NCBI GenBank assembly: GCA_001004885.1
Contig: LCRX01000004.1
Location: 11,178-75,177 of the forward strand
Source: Candidatus Magasanikbacteria bacterium GW2011_GWA2_56_11
Lineage (GTDB): Bacteria; Patescibacteriota; Patescibacteriia; Magasanikbacterales; UBA922
Direction of reading: 5' to 3'
Length of the DNA stretch: 64,000 bases
The position numbers were made by a program, and so were the translations under genes. Under the pieces are notes generated by a model. It was not told the DNA's origin. It saw only the letters and a program-made list of their open reading frames with translations, and did no database searches. Positions 27,439 to 35,947 of this stretch are shown here, piece after piece (the stretch's first letter is position 1; each line of letters opens with the position of its first letter).

Positions 27439-27873
27439 ATGTATCGACGGGGTGTCCCGATCGCCGCGCTCGTCGCGGTGTGTCTCTTCATCTGGTACCC
27501 GATGGCGGCGTCCGCCCACACGGTGCTCGGTGGCGATGTCCACGATCACGGCATGCCGACCGACTTCCAGGCGACGAGCCTCGCCACGGCCGGGCACGAC
27601 GGTCCCGGCGCGGTGTTCGAGCAGACGGATCTCCTGCTGACGTTCCAGTCGGGGCACGACGGCGTCGGCATGTGCATGCGCGCGGCGAACCTCGACACCG
27701 GTGGCGCGAGCCTGGAGGCTCACAGCAAGATGACGGACGTTGCCTTTCCCGAGTCTGGCGGCAACCCGGACACGGTGGGCGAGGAGACCACCGCTCCCGG
27801 CGTCCCGGCCAGGACGGGCCGCAACCACTCGAGCGAGTCGTCCGGCCGGAGGGTGCACCGCGCCGTGCCCTAG
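27439..27873 (+). CDS. Secreted His-rich hypothetical protein encoded in a ~68% GC island (GC3 very high)
   Basis: GGAGGTG SD lies 5 nt upstream. Signal peptide MYRRGVPIAALVAVCLFIWYPMAASA. Codon usage is unlike its neighbours, and terminator-like structures flank the unit. Confidence 0.5.
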   Translation: MYRRGVPIAALVAVCLFIWYPMAASAHTVLGGDVHDHGMPTDFQATSLATAGHDGPGAVFEQTDLLLTFQSGHDGVGMCMRAANLDTGGASLEAHSKMTDVAFPESGGNPDTVGEETTAPGVPARTGRNHSSESSGRRVHRAVP

Positions 27874-28077
27874 GCCTAGGCGCGCTCCCGAGCGCGCCGC
27901 CACACTCTCCACTCTCGACCCCTCTACCATCCCTGCCAAGCTGGCTGCCTAGCAAAGCCACTCCGCATCACCCTGTCTCGCTAAACCGATTGACGCTACA
28001 GGGTGGAGGACCGGAGTGGTTTTTTGCGTTTATAATTCGGCCCCAATACTAATATATTTTGTGTTCCTATCGGACAA

Positions 28078-28107
28078 TTGTCCTCTGCCCGCCGGGCAGT
28101 GTATAAT
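28078..28107 (+). promoter_or_regulatory. Candidate promoter TTGTCC-18-TATAAT just upstream of the 28117 ATG (near-leaderless)
   Basis: TATAAT at 28102-28107, with the ATG 10 nt downstream. Confidence 0.35.
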
Positions 28108-28116
28108 ACCGCCGCT

Positions 28117-28590
28117 ATGTCTATATTCGAGCCAGAAAGGGAAGCCGGCCAGCGCTCGCGCGAGGCCGCGGAGATGGCCGCCGAGCAGCGCGAGTCCAAA
28201 GAGGGCGAGCCGGACGAGGAGTTGAAGGCCGCCGCGGCGATGGAGCGGGCGGATTATCTGGTGCGCGAGGTGAAAAGCAGCCAGACACAGATGCAAAATA
28301 TTATTCTGCACATGCAGCAGGTGCTCGCGGCCATCCGGGCGCTGCGCGACGAGCTGCAGCTCTCGCCCGAAGATGATCCGGCGTCGGTGTCCCAGGACCG
28401 GGCGCGGGTGGAAGCGCTCAAAAAGCGCATTGCCGCCTATACCGACGAACTGCTAAAAATGAAAGGGGAACTGATACGCGAACAGGCCGAGGTGCTGCGC
28501 GCCGGGGAGGGGCAGACAATGAGCGGCCAGATGTTAAAGCAGAAAGCAGAGGCCATGGTAGAGGAATTGTTGGCCGAAATCCAAAGTTAG
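28117..28590 (+). CDS. Coiled-coil hypothetical protein (first gene of the long plus-strand pilin cluster)
   Basis: Acidic, helical ORF. The track start at 28078 lies upstream of the candidate -10 element. Confidence 0.45.
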   Translation: MSIFEPEREAGQRSREAAEMAAEQRESKEGEPDEELKAAAAMERADYLVREVKSSQTQMQNIILHMQQVLAAIRALRDELQLSPEDDPASVSQDRARVEALKKRIAAYTDELLKMKGELIREQAEVLRAGEGQTMSGQMLKQKAEAMVEELLAEIQS

Positions 28591-28618
28591 ATAACTCAAA
28601 TTCAGCTTTAGGCCTGTC

Positions 28619-30415
28619 ATGCCAGCCGCCAGACAATCCAGACACGGCGGATTTTCTCTCCTCGAGATCGTGATCGCGCTCGGCGTGTTTGCGATTTTTG
28701 TCTTGGGCATTTACGCCGGCATTCAGACGGTTTATCGCATCGTTTACCAGGCGCGGGTGCAGATAATCGAATCGGGGATTTTGAATGAGCAGGTGGAGTT
28801 CGTCCGCAATCTGTCGTATTTCGACGTCGGCCTAGAAAATGGCAGTCCAGCCGGAGTTATGGCGCGCACGGCCACTACCACCAAAAACGGAATTGAGTTT
28901 ACCCTTACACGGACCGTACGCAGCATTGACGACCCTTACGACGGCACTATCGGCGGCACGCCGAATGACACGGCGCCGGCCGATTACAAGCTGGTGGAAA
29001 TCGCCGTCATATGCGTTTCGTGCGGCCAAAAAGCGGCCCGCACGGTAACTACCACGGTCGCGCCCAAGTACTTGGAAAACAACGCGGACAACGGCGCCCT
29101 GTTCATCCGCGTTTTCGATGCTGCGGCCGTCCCGGTGAGCGGAGCATCCGTACACCTGAGCGCGCCGGCGGCCAACCCGGCCATAGATTTGACCGACACG
29201 ACTGGCAACGACGGCATGCTTAAGCTCGTGGACCTGCCGCCCGGGGTCGGCATTTATAATATCGCGGTCAGTAAACCCGGTTACACTTCCGAACAGACCA
29301 GAGTCGAGAGCGAGAGCCTGCCCAACCCCTTCCATCCCCCGGCCTCGGTAGTGGCCCAGTCGGTGAGCGAAGTCAGCTTTACGATCGACCGGGTGTCTTC
29401 TTTTACCGCCTCTACGATGGACACGCTGTGCGATCCGATCGGAAACGTAAGAGTCGGGATAGAGGGCAGCCGGGTGATAGGCACCGAGCCGGATACGCTC
29501 AAAGTTGACACTACTTTTGTGACCGACGGGAGCGGGGCCAAGACGCTTGCCGATTATGAGTGGGACGTTTATACCTTCAGCCCGAGCGGCTATGATATCG
29601 CCGGCTCGATCCCAAGCGTGCCGCTTGACCTGCCGCCCGGCGTGGACCAGCCGGTGCAGCTGATTTTGCGGCCGAATACGGCCTACTCTCTTTTGGTTAG
29701 TGTGCGCGATAATATTACCAAACAGCCGGTTTCCCAGGCTACGGTGCACGTTACGTCCACGGCCGGCTACGACGAGAGCGCCGTAACCGGTGTCGGCTAT
29801 ATCCGCCAGACCGACTGGTCTGGCGGAAGCGGCCAGGCGGCGATGGCAGAGACTACCCGGTACTGGAGCGATGACTCGGGAGTGGATACCCTGGAATCGC
29901 CGGGCAACATCTATCTGCGGCATTTGGGCAGCGATTATGTGGGCCTCGGCAGCCTGGAGTCTTCCACCTTTGATCTGGGAGTAGCGGCCGACTATATTTC
30001 CCTTTTGTGGGAACCTTTTTCCCAGCCGGCTCCGGCCGGGGCAGCCCCGGTGCGCTGGCAAATCGCCACCGCTAGCACGACCGACCCGGAAGCCTGGGAA
30101 TACCGCGGGCCGGACGGAACCGGCGGGAGCTACTACACGCCGACCGCGACGGCCGTAAATACTGTCCATAACGGCGACCGGTACGTACGCTACCGGCTTT
30201 GGCTCTCGACCGTTTCGAGCACTTACTCGCCGCTCATTTCGGACATGACTTTGAGTTACACCAATAGCTGCACGCCGCCCGGGCAGGCGTACTTTGGCGG
30301 ACTTTCCAGCGGGACGCACACGGTGGAGGTGACCGTGCCGGGTTATCAGACCTACCGCAGCGATGTTTTGGTCGGCGGAGATACTTATTTCACTGTGGAA
30401 TTAGTGGGAGTCTAG
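28619..30415 (+). CDS. Large type IV pilin-like (minor pilin/pseudopilin) protein with class III prepilin leader and CarboxypepD_reg-like beta-sandwich domains
   Basis: Leader MPAARQSRHG followed by FSLLEIVIALGVFAI (Gly-1, Phe+1, Glu+5). Repeated GASVHLSA...GIYNIAVSKPGYTSEQ and GTHTVEVTVPGYQTY motifs. Confidence 0.7.
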   Translation: MPAARQSRHGGFSLLEIVIALGVFAIFVLGIYAGIQTVYRIVYQARVQIIESGILNEQVEFVRNLSYFDVGLENGSPAGVMARTATTTKNGIEFTLTRTVRSIDDPYDGTIGGTPNDTAPADYKLVEIAVICVSCGQKAARTVTTTVAPKYLENNADNGALFIRVFDAAAVPVSGASVHLSAPAANPAIDLTDTTGNDGMLKLVDLPPGVGIYNIAVSKPGYTSEQTRVESESLPNPFHPPASVVAQSVSEVSFTIDRVSSFTASTMDTLCDPIGNVRVGIEGSRVIGTEPDTLKVDTTFVTDGSGAKTLADYEWDVYTFSPSGYDIAGSIPSVPLDLPPGVDQPVQLILRPNTAYSLLVSVRDNITKQPVSQATVHVTSTAGYDESAVTGVGYIRQTDWSGGSGQAAMAETTRYWSDDSGVDTLESPGNIYLRHLGSDYVGLGSLESSTFDLGVAADYISLLWEPFSQPAPAGAAPVRWQIATASTTDPEAWEYRGPDGTGGSYYTPTATAVNTVHNGDRYVRYRLWLSTVSSTYSPLISDMTLSYTNSCTPPGQAYFGGLSSGTHTVEVTVPGYQTYRSDVLVGGDTYFTVELVGV

Positions 30416-30448
30416 GAGCGCCGGCGGGCAGCCGGCGGGGTAAATCGA

Positions 30449-31069
30449 GTGTTAATTAAGTTTATGCGTTTAAATCGCTCCGGTGTTACCATGGTCGAGG
30501 CGGCGGTCGCTATTGGCGTCTTTTCGCTGCTTTCCCTGGCTATCGGCTGGATAGTTATTATCAGCAGTCGAACCAACAGCACGGTGAGCGATCAGTTGCG
30601 CTCCCAGGGCGATATGCGCCGGACTTTGCGCGAGGTGGTGGATACGGTCCGCAAGGCCGAGACCTCCAGCCTGGGCGCTTACCCATTGGCGGTCGCGGGC
30701 AGTTACGAACTGGCGGTCTACGCCAATATTGACGGCGATAGCCTGAAAGAGCGGGTGCGGTTTTGGCTCGACGGCCGGACGCTTAAGCGGGGGCTGACAG
30801 AGCCGGCGGGCAATCCGCTTGGTTACTCTGGTGCCGAGAGCGTGGTAGAGTTGGCGCATGACGTAATCAACCAGGAACAAAGCACGCCGCTATTTCTCTA
30901 TTTTGACGAGTCGTATACCGGCACGCAGGCGGCCCTGGCGCAGCCGGTAAGCAGCACGGCCGTGCGGTTGATAAAAATGCAGCTTGATCTGGAGCGCGAT
31001 CCGGCGAAAAGCCCGGTGCCGCTGCATGGAGAGAGTCTGGTGCAGATAAGGAATACTAAAAACAATTAA
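30449..31069 (+). CDS. Type IV pilus minor pilin/pseudopilin-like protein (prepilin-type N-terminus)
   Basis: MRLNRSG followed by VTMVEAAVAIGVFSLLSLAIGWIVII (Glu+5). Confidence 0.6.
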   Translation: MLIKFMRLNRSGVTMVEAAVAIGVFSLLSLAIGWIVIISSRTNSTVSDQLRSQGDMRRTLREVVDTVRKAETSSLGAYPLAVAGSYELAVYANIDGDSLKERVRFWLDGRTLKRGLTEPAGNPLGYSGAESVVELAHDVINQEQSTPLFLYFDESYTGTQAALAQPVSSTAVRLIKMQLDLERDPAKSPVPLHGESLVQIRNTKNN

Positions 31070-31071
31070 TT

Positions 31072-32463
31072 ATGTCTGTGTACCCCTGTCCGCAAAAATA
31101 TTTAGTCCGCGACCGGCGCGGTTCGGCCCTCCTGTTCGTAATGATCTTTGGCGCGATCGCCTTTACCATGATTGTGATGGGGCTCTCCGGCTACGCGCTA
31201 TTCGAGCACCGGGCGGCGCGGCGGCTCGGACACCGCGACCAGGCGTTCCATGTGGCCGAAGCCGGCATTGACTATTACCGCTGGCATCTGGCGCACAGTC
31301 CGACCGATTATACCGATGGTACCGGGGAGGCGGGTCCTTATCTGCACGAGTACACCGACAAAGACGGTACGGTTCTGGGCGCGTTTTTGCTCGCGGTCAG
31401 CCCGCCCGACTCCGGTTCGACCGTGGTAACGGTGAGTTCCACCGGCTGGACACTGGCCGAGCCGACGGCCAAGCGCACTGTCCAGGTGCGGCTGGGCTAC
31501 CCGGCGCTGACGGACTACGCCATTATGGCCAACTCCAACATGCATTTCAGCTACACTACCCAGGTATCCGGCGCGGTGCAGGCCAACGGCGGCATCCGTT
31601 TCGACGGTACGTCGGATTCGTGGGTGAGGAGCTCCAAGGAGACGTACCAGTACCAGAACCAGACGCATAACGGGGTCTGGGGCGGCGGCGGTCCGAAGTC
31701 TTTTTGGCAGTATCCGGTGCCGGCGGTCGATTTTAACGGCCTCACGGCCGATCTGGCCGCGATCAAGACCCAGGCGCAGGCAGGCGGGGTTTATCTCACT
31801 TCGTCGGGAGACGAGGGCTGGCACCTGGTGTTTAAGCCTGACCGCACTTTCGACGTGTACCGCGTGGATACCCGGCGGTGCTACAACGGCGAGGGTAAAT
31901 ATATCGGCAAATGGTGGCAGGGCAACGTGTACTGTTACGATATCGACGCGGAACAATTCGTGGCGAACTACCCCCATCCGGGCAACGGATACATTTTTGT
32001 CGAAGACCATATTTGGGTGGAGGGCATAATAGCGGGCCACCTGACGGTCGGGGCGGGACGGTTTCCCTCGTCGCCGGCCAACTACCGCAACATTTACCTG
32101 CCCGGAAATATTACCTACGCCGCTGTTTCGCAGGACGTTTTGGGGCTTATCACCCAGGGGGATATCGTGATCCCGCACGACGTGCCCGAGACGATGACGG
32201 TCCAGGCAGCCCTGCTATCGCAGTACGGCAAAATTTACCGGCCGTATTATTACCAGGATGAGCGCGATTCGTTGACCATTTTCGGCTCCCAGATATCCTA
32301 CAACGGTTCGGGCTACAAGTATGTAAACGGCTGGGGGAACGTCGTGTCCGGATTTGTGAATACGAACCATATGTACGACGCCAATTTGAAATATTACCCG
32401 CCGCCGGGGTTTCCGGTGGAGAATACCTACGAGATGATTAGCTGGGAAGAAGTCGGAAGTTAG
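31072..32463 (+). CDS. PilX-like type IV pilus minor pilin / pilus assembly protein
   Basis: N-terminus RRGSALLFVMIFGAIAFTMIVMGLSGYALFEHRAA resembles the PilX_N domain. Large C-terminal region. Confidence 0.55.
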   Translation: MSVYPCPQKYLVRDRRGSALLFVMIFGAIAFTMIVMGLSGYALFEHRAARRLGHRDQAFHVAEAGIDYYRWHLAHSPTDYTDGTGEAGPYLHEYTDKDGTVLGAFLLAVSPPDSGSTVVTVSSTGWTLAEPTAKRTVQVRLGYPALTDYAIMANSNMHFSYTTQVSGAVQANGGIRFDGTSDSWVRSSKETYQYQNQTHNGVWGGGGPKSFWQYPVPAVDFNGLTADLAAIKTQAQAGGVYLTSSGDEGWHLVFKPDRTFDVYRVDTRRCYNGEGKYIGKWWQGNVYCYDIDAEQFVANYPHPGNGYIFVEDHIWVEGIIAGHLTVGAGRFPSSPANYRNIYLPGNITYAAVSQDVLGLITQGDIVIPHDVPETMTVQAALLSQYGKIYRPYYYQDERDSLTIFGSQISYNGSGYKYVNGWGNVVSGFVNTNHMYDANLKYYPPPGFPVENTYEMISWEEVGS

Positions 32464-32524
32464 AAACCGGGATAAGAGCCGGGCTTTTTCCCGCCGGTGT
32501 TCTCTGGTATAATACTTTCAGCTA

Positions 32525-32680
32525 GAACTCACAGCGAGTTTCCCCCTTTTCGCCTCAAACATAGACTGATTTTCACGGCGCCAAAACTCGCTCTTGTGGG
32601 CTCAGACATTGGTGCCGCGAAAATCAGTCTCTGTTTCGGCTCGACTTAGGAGAGAATTGCTAACAACTCACTATCAGTTC
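32525..32680 (+). repeat. Copy E of the MITE/REP-like element (reference copy)
   Basis: GAACTCACAGCGAGTTT...CGCCTCAAACATAGACTGATTTTCACGGCGCCAA...TTGGTGCCGCGAAAATCAGTCTCTGTTTCGG...AACTCACTATCAGTTC. Confidence 0.85.
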
Positions 32681-32698
32681 TTATTCCATCGCACCTGT

Positions 32699-33571
32699 AT
32701 GCCGACACCAAAAGTGAAGAAAGGAGTCATAACCGTCGCCGGACTCGGCACCAGATTTTTGCCGGCCACCAAGGCCATGCCCAAGGAAATGCTCCCGGTT
32801 TTGGACAAGCCGGTGGTGCAGTACATAGTGGAGGAAATGGCCCAAAGCGGGATTACCGAAATTATTTTTGTTACCAGCTCCCAAAAACGCCCGATCGAGG
32901 ATCATTTCGACCGCGACGGCGATTTTGAGCGCTACCTAAAGGAAAAGGGCAAATCAGACCGGATTCAGCCCCTGGTCGAGCTGTCCGAGCGGGTGCGGTT
33001 TTTTTATACCCGCCAGAGCGCCCCTTTGGGCAACGGCCACGCGCTTTTGTGCGCCCGGGAATTCATCGGCAGCGAGCCGTTCGCTTTCTCGGACGGCGAC
33101 AGTATTATTGACTCCAAAACTCCGGTTACGAAACAGCTGCTCAAGGTATTCTACCGGGTGCGTTCGTCCGTCATTGGGGTGCAGCGCATTGACGATCGCG
33201 CGGCCATGACCAAATACGGGAACGTGTACGGCAAGCGCACGCGCGAGCCGCGCACTTACCGGGTGAGCGAGTTTCGGGAAAAACCTCCGGTCGAGGCAAC
33301 CTCCCCGGAAGGGCTGATAGTCGGCGGTATGCGGTATATATTCACCAAAGACATCTGGCCCATCCTAGAGGGACAGTCCCGGGGCAAAGACAATGAAATT
33401 TGGGTGGCGGATGCGGCCAATGCCCTGGCCAAACGCCGGTCATTTTACGCCTACGAGTACGAGGGCATCTATTTTGACACGGGCGACAAAGTGGCGCTCC
33501 TGAAAACGGCGCTGCACTTTGCTTTCAAGGATCCGGCTATTGCCCTCGAAATCAAAAAATTAGTGCAGTAG
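32699..33571 (+). CDS. galU: UTP--glucose-1-phosphate uridylyltransferase
   Basis: GVITVAGLGTRFLPATKAMPKEMLPV and VQYIVEEM are GalU motifs. The track ORF start at 32594 is inside the repeat; the ATG at 32699 is used. Confidence 0.85.
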   Translation: MPTPKVKKGVITVAGLGTRFLPATKAMPKEMLPVLDKPVVQYIVEEMAQSGITEIIFVTSSQKRPIEDHFDRDGDFERYLKEKGKSDRIQPLVELSERVRFFYTRQSAPLGNGHALLCAREFIGSEPFAFSDGDSIIDSKTPVTKQLLKVFYRVRSSVIGVQRIDDRAAMTKYGNVYGKRTREPRTYRVSEFREKPPVEATSPEGLIVGGMRYIFTKDIWPILEGQSRGKDNEIWVADAANALAKRRSFYAYEYEGIYFDTGDKVALLKTALHFAFKDPAIALEIKKLVQ

Positions 33572-33589
33572 TTATCCCTAACCCGACCT

Positions 33590-34480
33590 ATGCCTACTAT
33601 TTTGAGAATTCAACTCCGTTTGGCGTGTGCCGGGTTAGCTATCCTGTTTTTGTTTTTTGCCGCCTCACCAACGCTGGCCCTTGACGCATCGGCCTGCGCG
33701 CAGCTTTATGGCCAATCATATTCTGGCTGCGTTCTTCTTGAAAAGGGGGCTTTTGCAGACGCCTGTCAGAATGCCCAAGGACCGTTCAAGGCCAAACTGG
33801 AGCAAACTTTGTCAAGCGGCGCGGCGCAAACCGGATCGGCCTGCACCCAGACGTTTTTGCTCATGTATAATAATTCCCAGGGAGACTTCGCGGCTGATAC
33901 CGATATCGAAAAATGCGTCGCCGAACTGGTAAACTGCGCCGAGTTGTTTTTGCAATGCCAGGGCAATACCGGCCAGGTGGACATGAACGATTTGGAAAGC
34001 CAGTGCAATTATTTTCTGGCGGGCGGCACCAAAAATTGGTCGCAGTTTAAGGGGCAAGACTTATGCAGCGCGGCTATAAAATCCGAGGGAGTCTGGGGAG
34101 AGAAGTGCGCCAAATATACCGGCGACCTGGAGAAGACCAAGGCCGAAGAAGGGTTGACGCCCCCAGCCGGCAAAGACCAGCAGGCTGAGTACGCTGCCGC
34201 TCTGGCGGAACTTCAGGCCAACGCCGCCGGGCTGAACCAGCTCAAAACCAAGGACATACGTTTGCTTATCGGCGGCCTGATAGCGAAGGCGCTCGGCGTC
34301 GTGGGCAGCATCGCGTTGTTGATGTTCGTGTATGGTGGTATACTGTGGATGACCGCGGCCGGCTCGAGCGAAAAAACCGAGAAAGGGCGCCAGATTTTGG
34401 TCTGGAGCGCTCTGGGGGTAATAGTGATTTTTTCGAGCTACGCTCTCTTGGATATAGTCTTCGAGGTGTTCCGTCCATAG
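33590..34480 (+). CDS. Secreted Cys-rich protein with C-terminal TrbC/VirB2-like pilin-type membrane domain
   Basis: Signal peptide and ~14 Cys in the N-domain. C-terminus LIGGLIAKALGVVGSIALLMFVYGGILWMTAAGSSEKTEKGRQILVWSALGVIVIFSSYALL. Confidence 0.65.
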   Translation: MPTILRIQLRLACAGLAILFLFFAASPTLALDASACAQLYGQSYSGCVLLEKGAFADACQNAQGPFKAKLEQTLSSGAAQTGSACTQTFLLMYNNSQGDFAADTDIEKCVAELVNCAELFLQCQGNTGQVDMNDLESQCNYFLAGGTKNWSQFKGQDLCSAAIKSEGVWGEKCAKYTGDLEKTKAEEGLTPPAGKDQQAEYAAALAELQANAAGLNQLKTKDIRLLIGGLIAKALGVVGSIALLMFVYGGILWMTAAGSSEKTEKGRQILVWSALGVIVIFSSYALLDIVFEVFRP

Positions 34481-34528
34481 CCAGCCTCGGCCGCGCGCGC
34501 ACGCGCCCGGGAAGAAAATTATTGCCGT

Positions 34529-35944
34529 ATGGTTTTGTCTTTGACAGGTTTAGAGGCGCCGCGGGGCGGGAAGACTCGCCGTTGGGTATCCCTCGCCGTG
34601 CTTGGCCTGTTTTTTGTTACCCTGGGTTTCGGTTGCAAGGGTCTTTCCCAACAAGAGAGGGCGGCGGTCAAACCGGTAACTCTCAACTACTGGACCGTGT
34701 TCAACGATACCGAGGAACTCAAACGGCTGGCGTCCGAGTACCGCCAGCTCCGGCCTTATGTCAAGGTCAACATCCGCCAGGTCCGCTACGAGGAGTTCGA
34801 CCGCCTGTTTCTAAACGCGCTCGCCGACGATGTCGCTCCGGACGTGGTTTCTCTGCACGCGCGCTGGATTAAAAAATACCAAAATCGCCTCGCCGAAATG
34901 CCGGCCAGCGTTTCCACGGCCCGCCTGATAGTGAAGGGCGGCCTGACCAAAGAAACCCAGGTAGTAGTCGACACTACTCCCATGCCCGGCATCGGCGACA
35001 TTAAGCGCGATTATGTCGGCGCGGTGGCCAATGACGTAATTATTGGCGAGGCTGTCTACGGACTGCCGATCGCTCTCGACACGCTGGCCATTTATTACAA
35101 CAAGGACCTTTTGGACAAGGCCAACATCGCCGAACCGCCGGCCACCTGGGACGAATTTTTGGAGGCGGTGAAAAAAACCACCAAATTCGGCCCGGACGGC
35201 AAGATCGTCCAGTCTGGCGCCGCCCTCGGTACGGCCAACAACATTGACAACGCTTTCGATATCCTGTCGGTTCTCATGATGCAAAACGGGGTCAAAATGG
35301 CCGCCAAAGGATCGGTGCAGTTCGCGAGCGGTCTCGACAAGGCGGGCGAGACGCATCCCTCGCTCCAGGCTCTGCGTTTTTACACCGATTTTGCGCGCCC
35401 GACCAAGGAATCATATTCCTGGAACGAAACCATGGAGCCGGCTCTCGATGCTTTCGTGCGCGGCAAGGCCGTGTTTTACTTTGGGTTCGCCTACGACAGT
35501 TCCCGTATCACCAGCCGCGCGCCCGAGCTGAATCTGGAGGTTATCCCGCTGCCCCAGCTGAACCCGTCCGCGCCGGTGAACGTCGCCAATTACTGGGTAG
35601 AGGCGGTAGTAAAAAAATCCAAGCACCAGAACGAAGCCTGGGATTTCATCCGGTTTATGACCGCGCCGGATCAGGCCAAGCGGTACGCCCTCTCTACCGG
35701 CCGGCCGTCTGCGTACCGGACGCAGATCAAAGAATTGGCGGACAATCCCCGCCTCGGTCCGTTCGTGAGCCAGACGCTGATAGCGGAAAACTGGTACCAC
35801 GGAGAGGATATTACGCAAGCGGAAAAAGCTTTTGACGATTTAATCACCGCCACCCTGCGGCCTTACGCCGACAAGGACGACCCGACCAAACGCGATGCCG
35901 GGTTTATCGCTACTGCGGCGCAGATGGCGCAGCAGACTTTTTAG
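34529..35944 (+). CDS. ABC transporter substrate-binding lipoprotein, family 1 (sugar/oligosaccharide type)
   Basis: Lipobox LGFGC and a type-2 periplasmic binding fold typical of SBP_bac_1 (~470 aa). Confidence 0.7.
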   Translation: MVLSLTGLEAPRGGKTRRWVSLAVLGLFFVTLGFGCKGLSQQERAAVKPVTLNYWTVFNDTEELKRLASEYRQLRPYVKVNIRQVRYEEFDRLFLNALADDVAPDVVSLHARWIKKYQNRLAEMPASVSTARLIVKGGLTKETQVVVDTTPMPGIGDIKRDYVGAVANDVIIGEAVYGLPIALDTLAIYYNKDLLDKANIAEPPATWDEFLEAVKKTTKFGPDGKIVQSGAALGTANNIDNAFDILSVLMMQNGVKMAAKGSVQFASGLDKAGETHPSLQALRFYTDFARPTKESYSWNETMEPALDAFVRGKAVFYFGFAYDSSRITSRAPELNLEVIPLPQLNPSAPVNVANYWVEAVVKKSKHQNEAWDFIRFMTAPDQAKRYALSTGRPSAYRTQIKELADNPRLGPFVSQTLIAENWYHGEDITQAEKAFDDLITATLRPYADKDDPTKRDAGFIATAAQMAQQTF

Positions 35945-35947
35945 GGT

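Noticed and set aside
27288-28052. Overlapping ORFs 27288-28052+, 27382-27939-, 27488-27961-, 27740-27952+ in the GC-rich island
   Set aside because: Only the 27439-27873 frame has an SD, a signal peptide and a plausible composition. The others are GC-driven open frames.
28832-30319. 495-aa antisense ORF (and 31198-32178-, 39309-40037-, 40203-40721-, 41216-41695- etc.) opposite the pilin-cluster genes
   Set aside because: They are Arg/Gly/His-rich antisense frames to well-supported sense genes. No RBS or domain signals.
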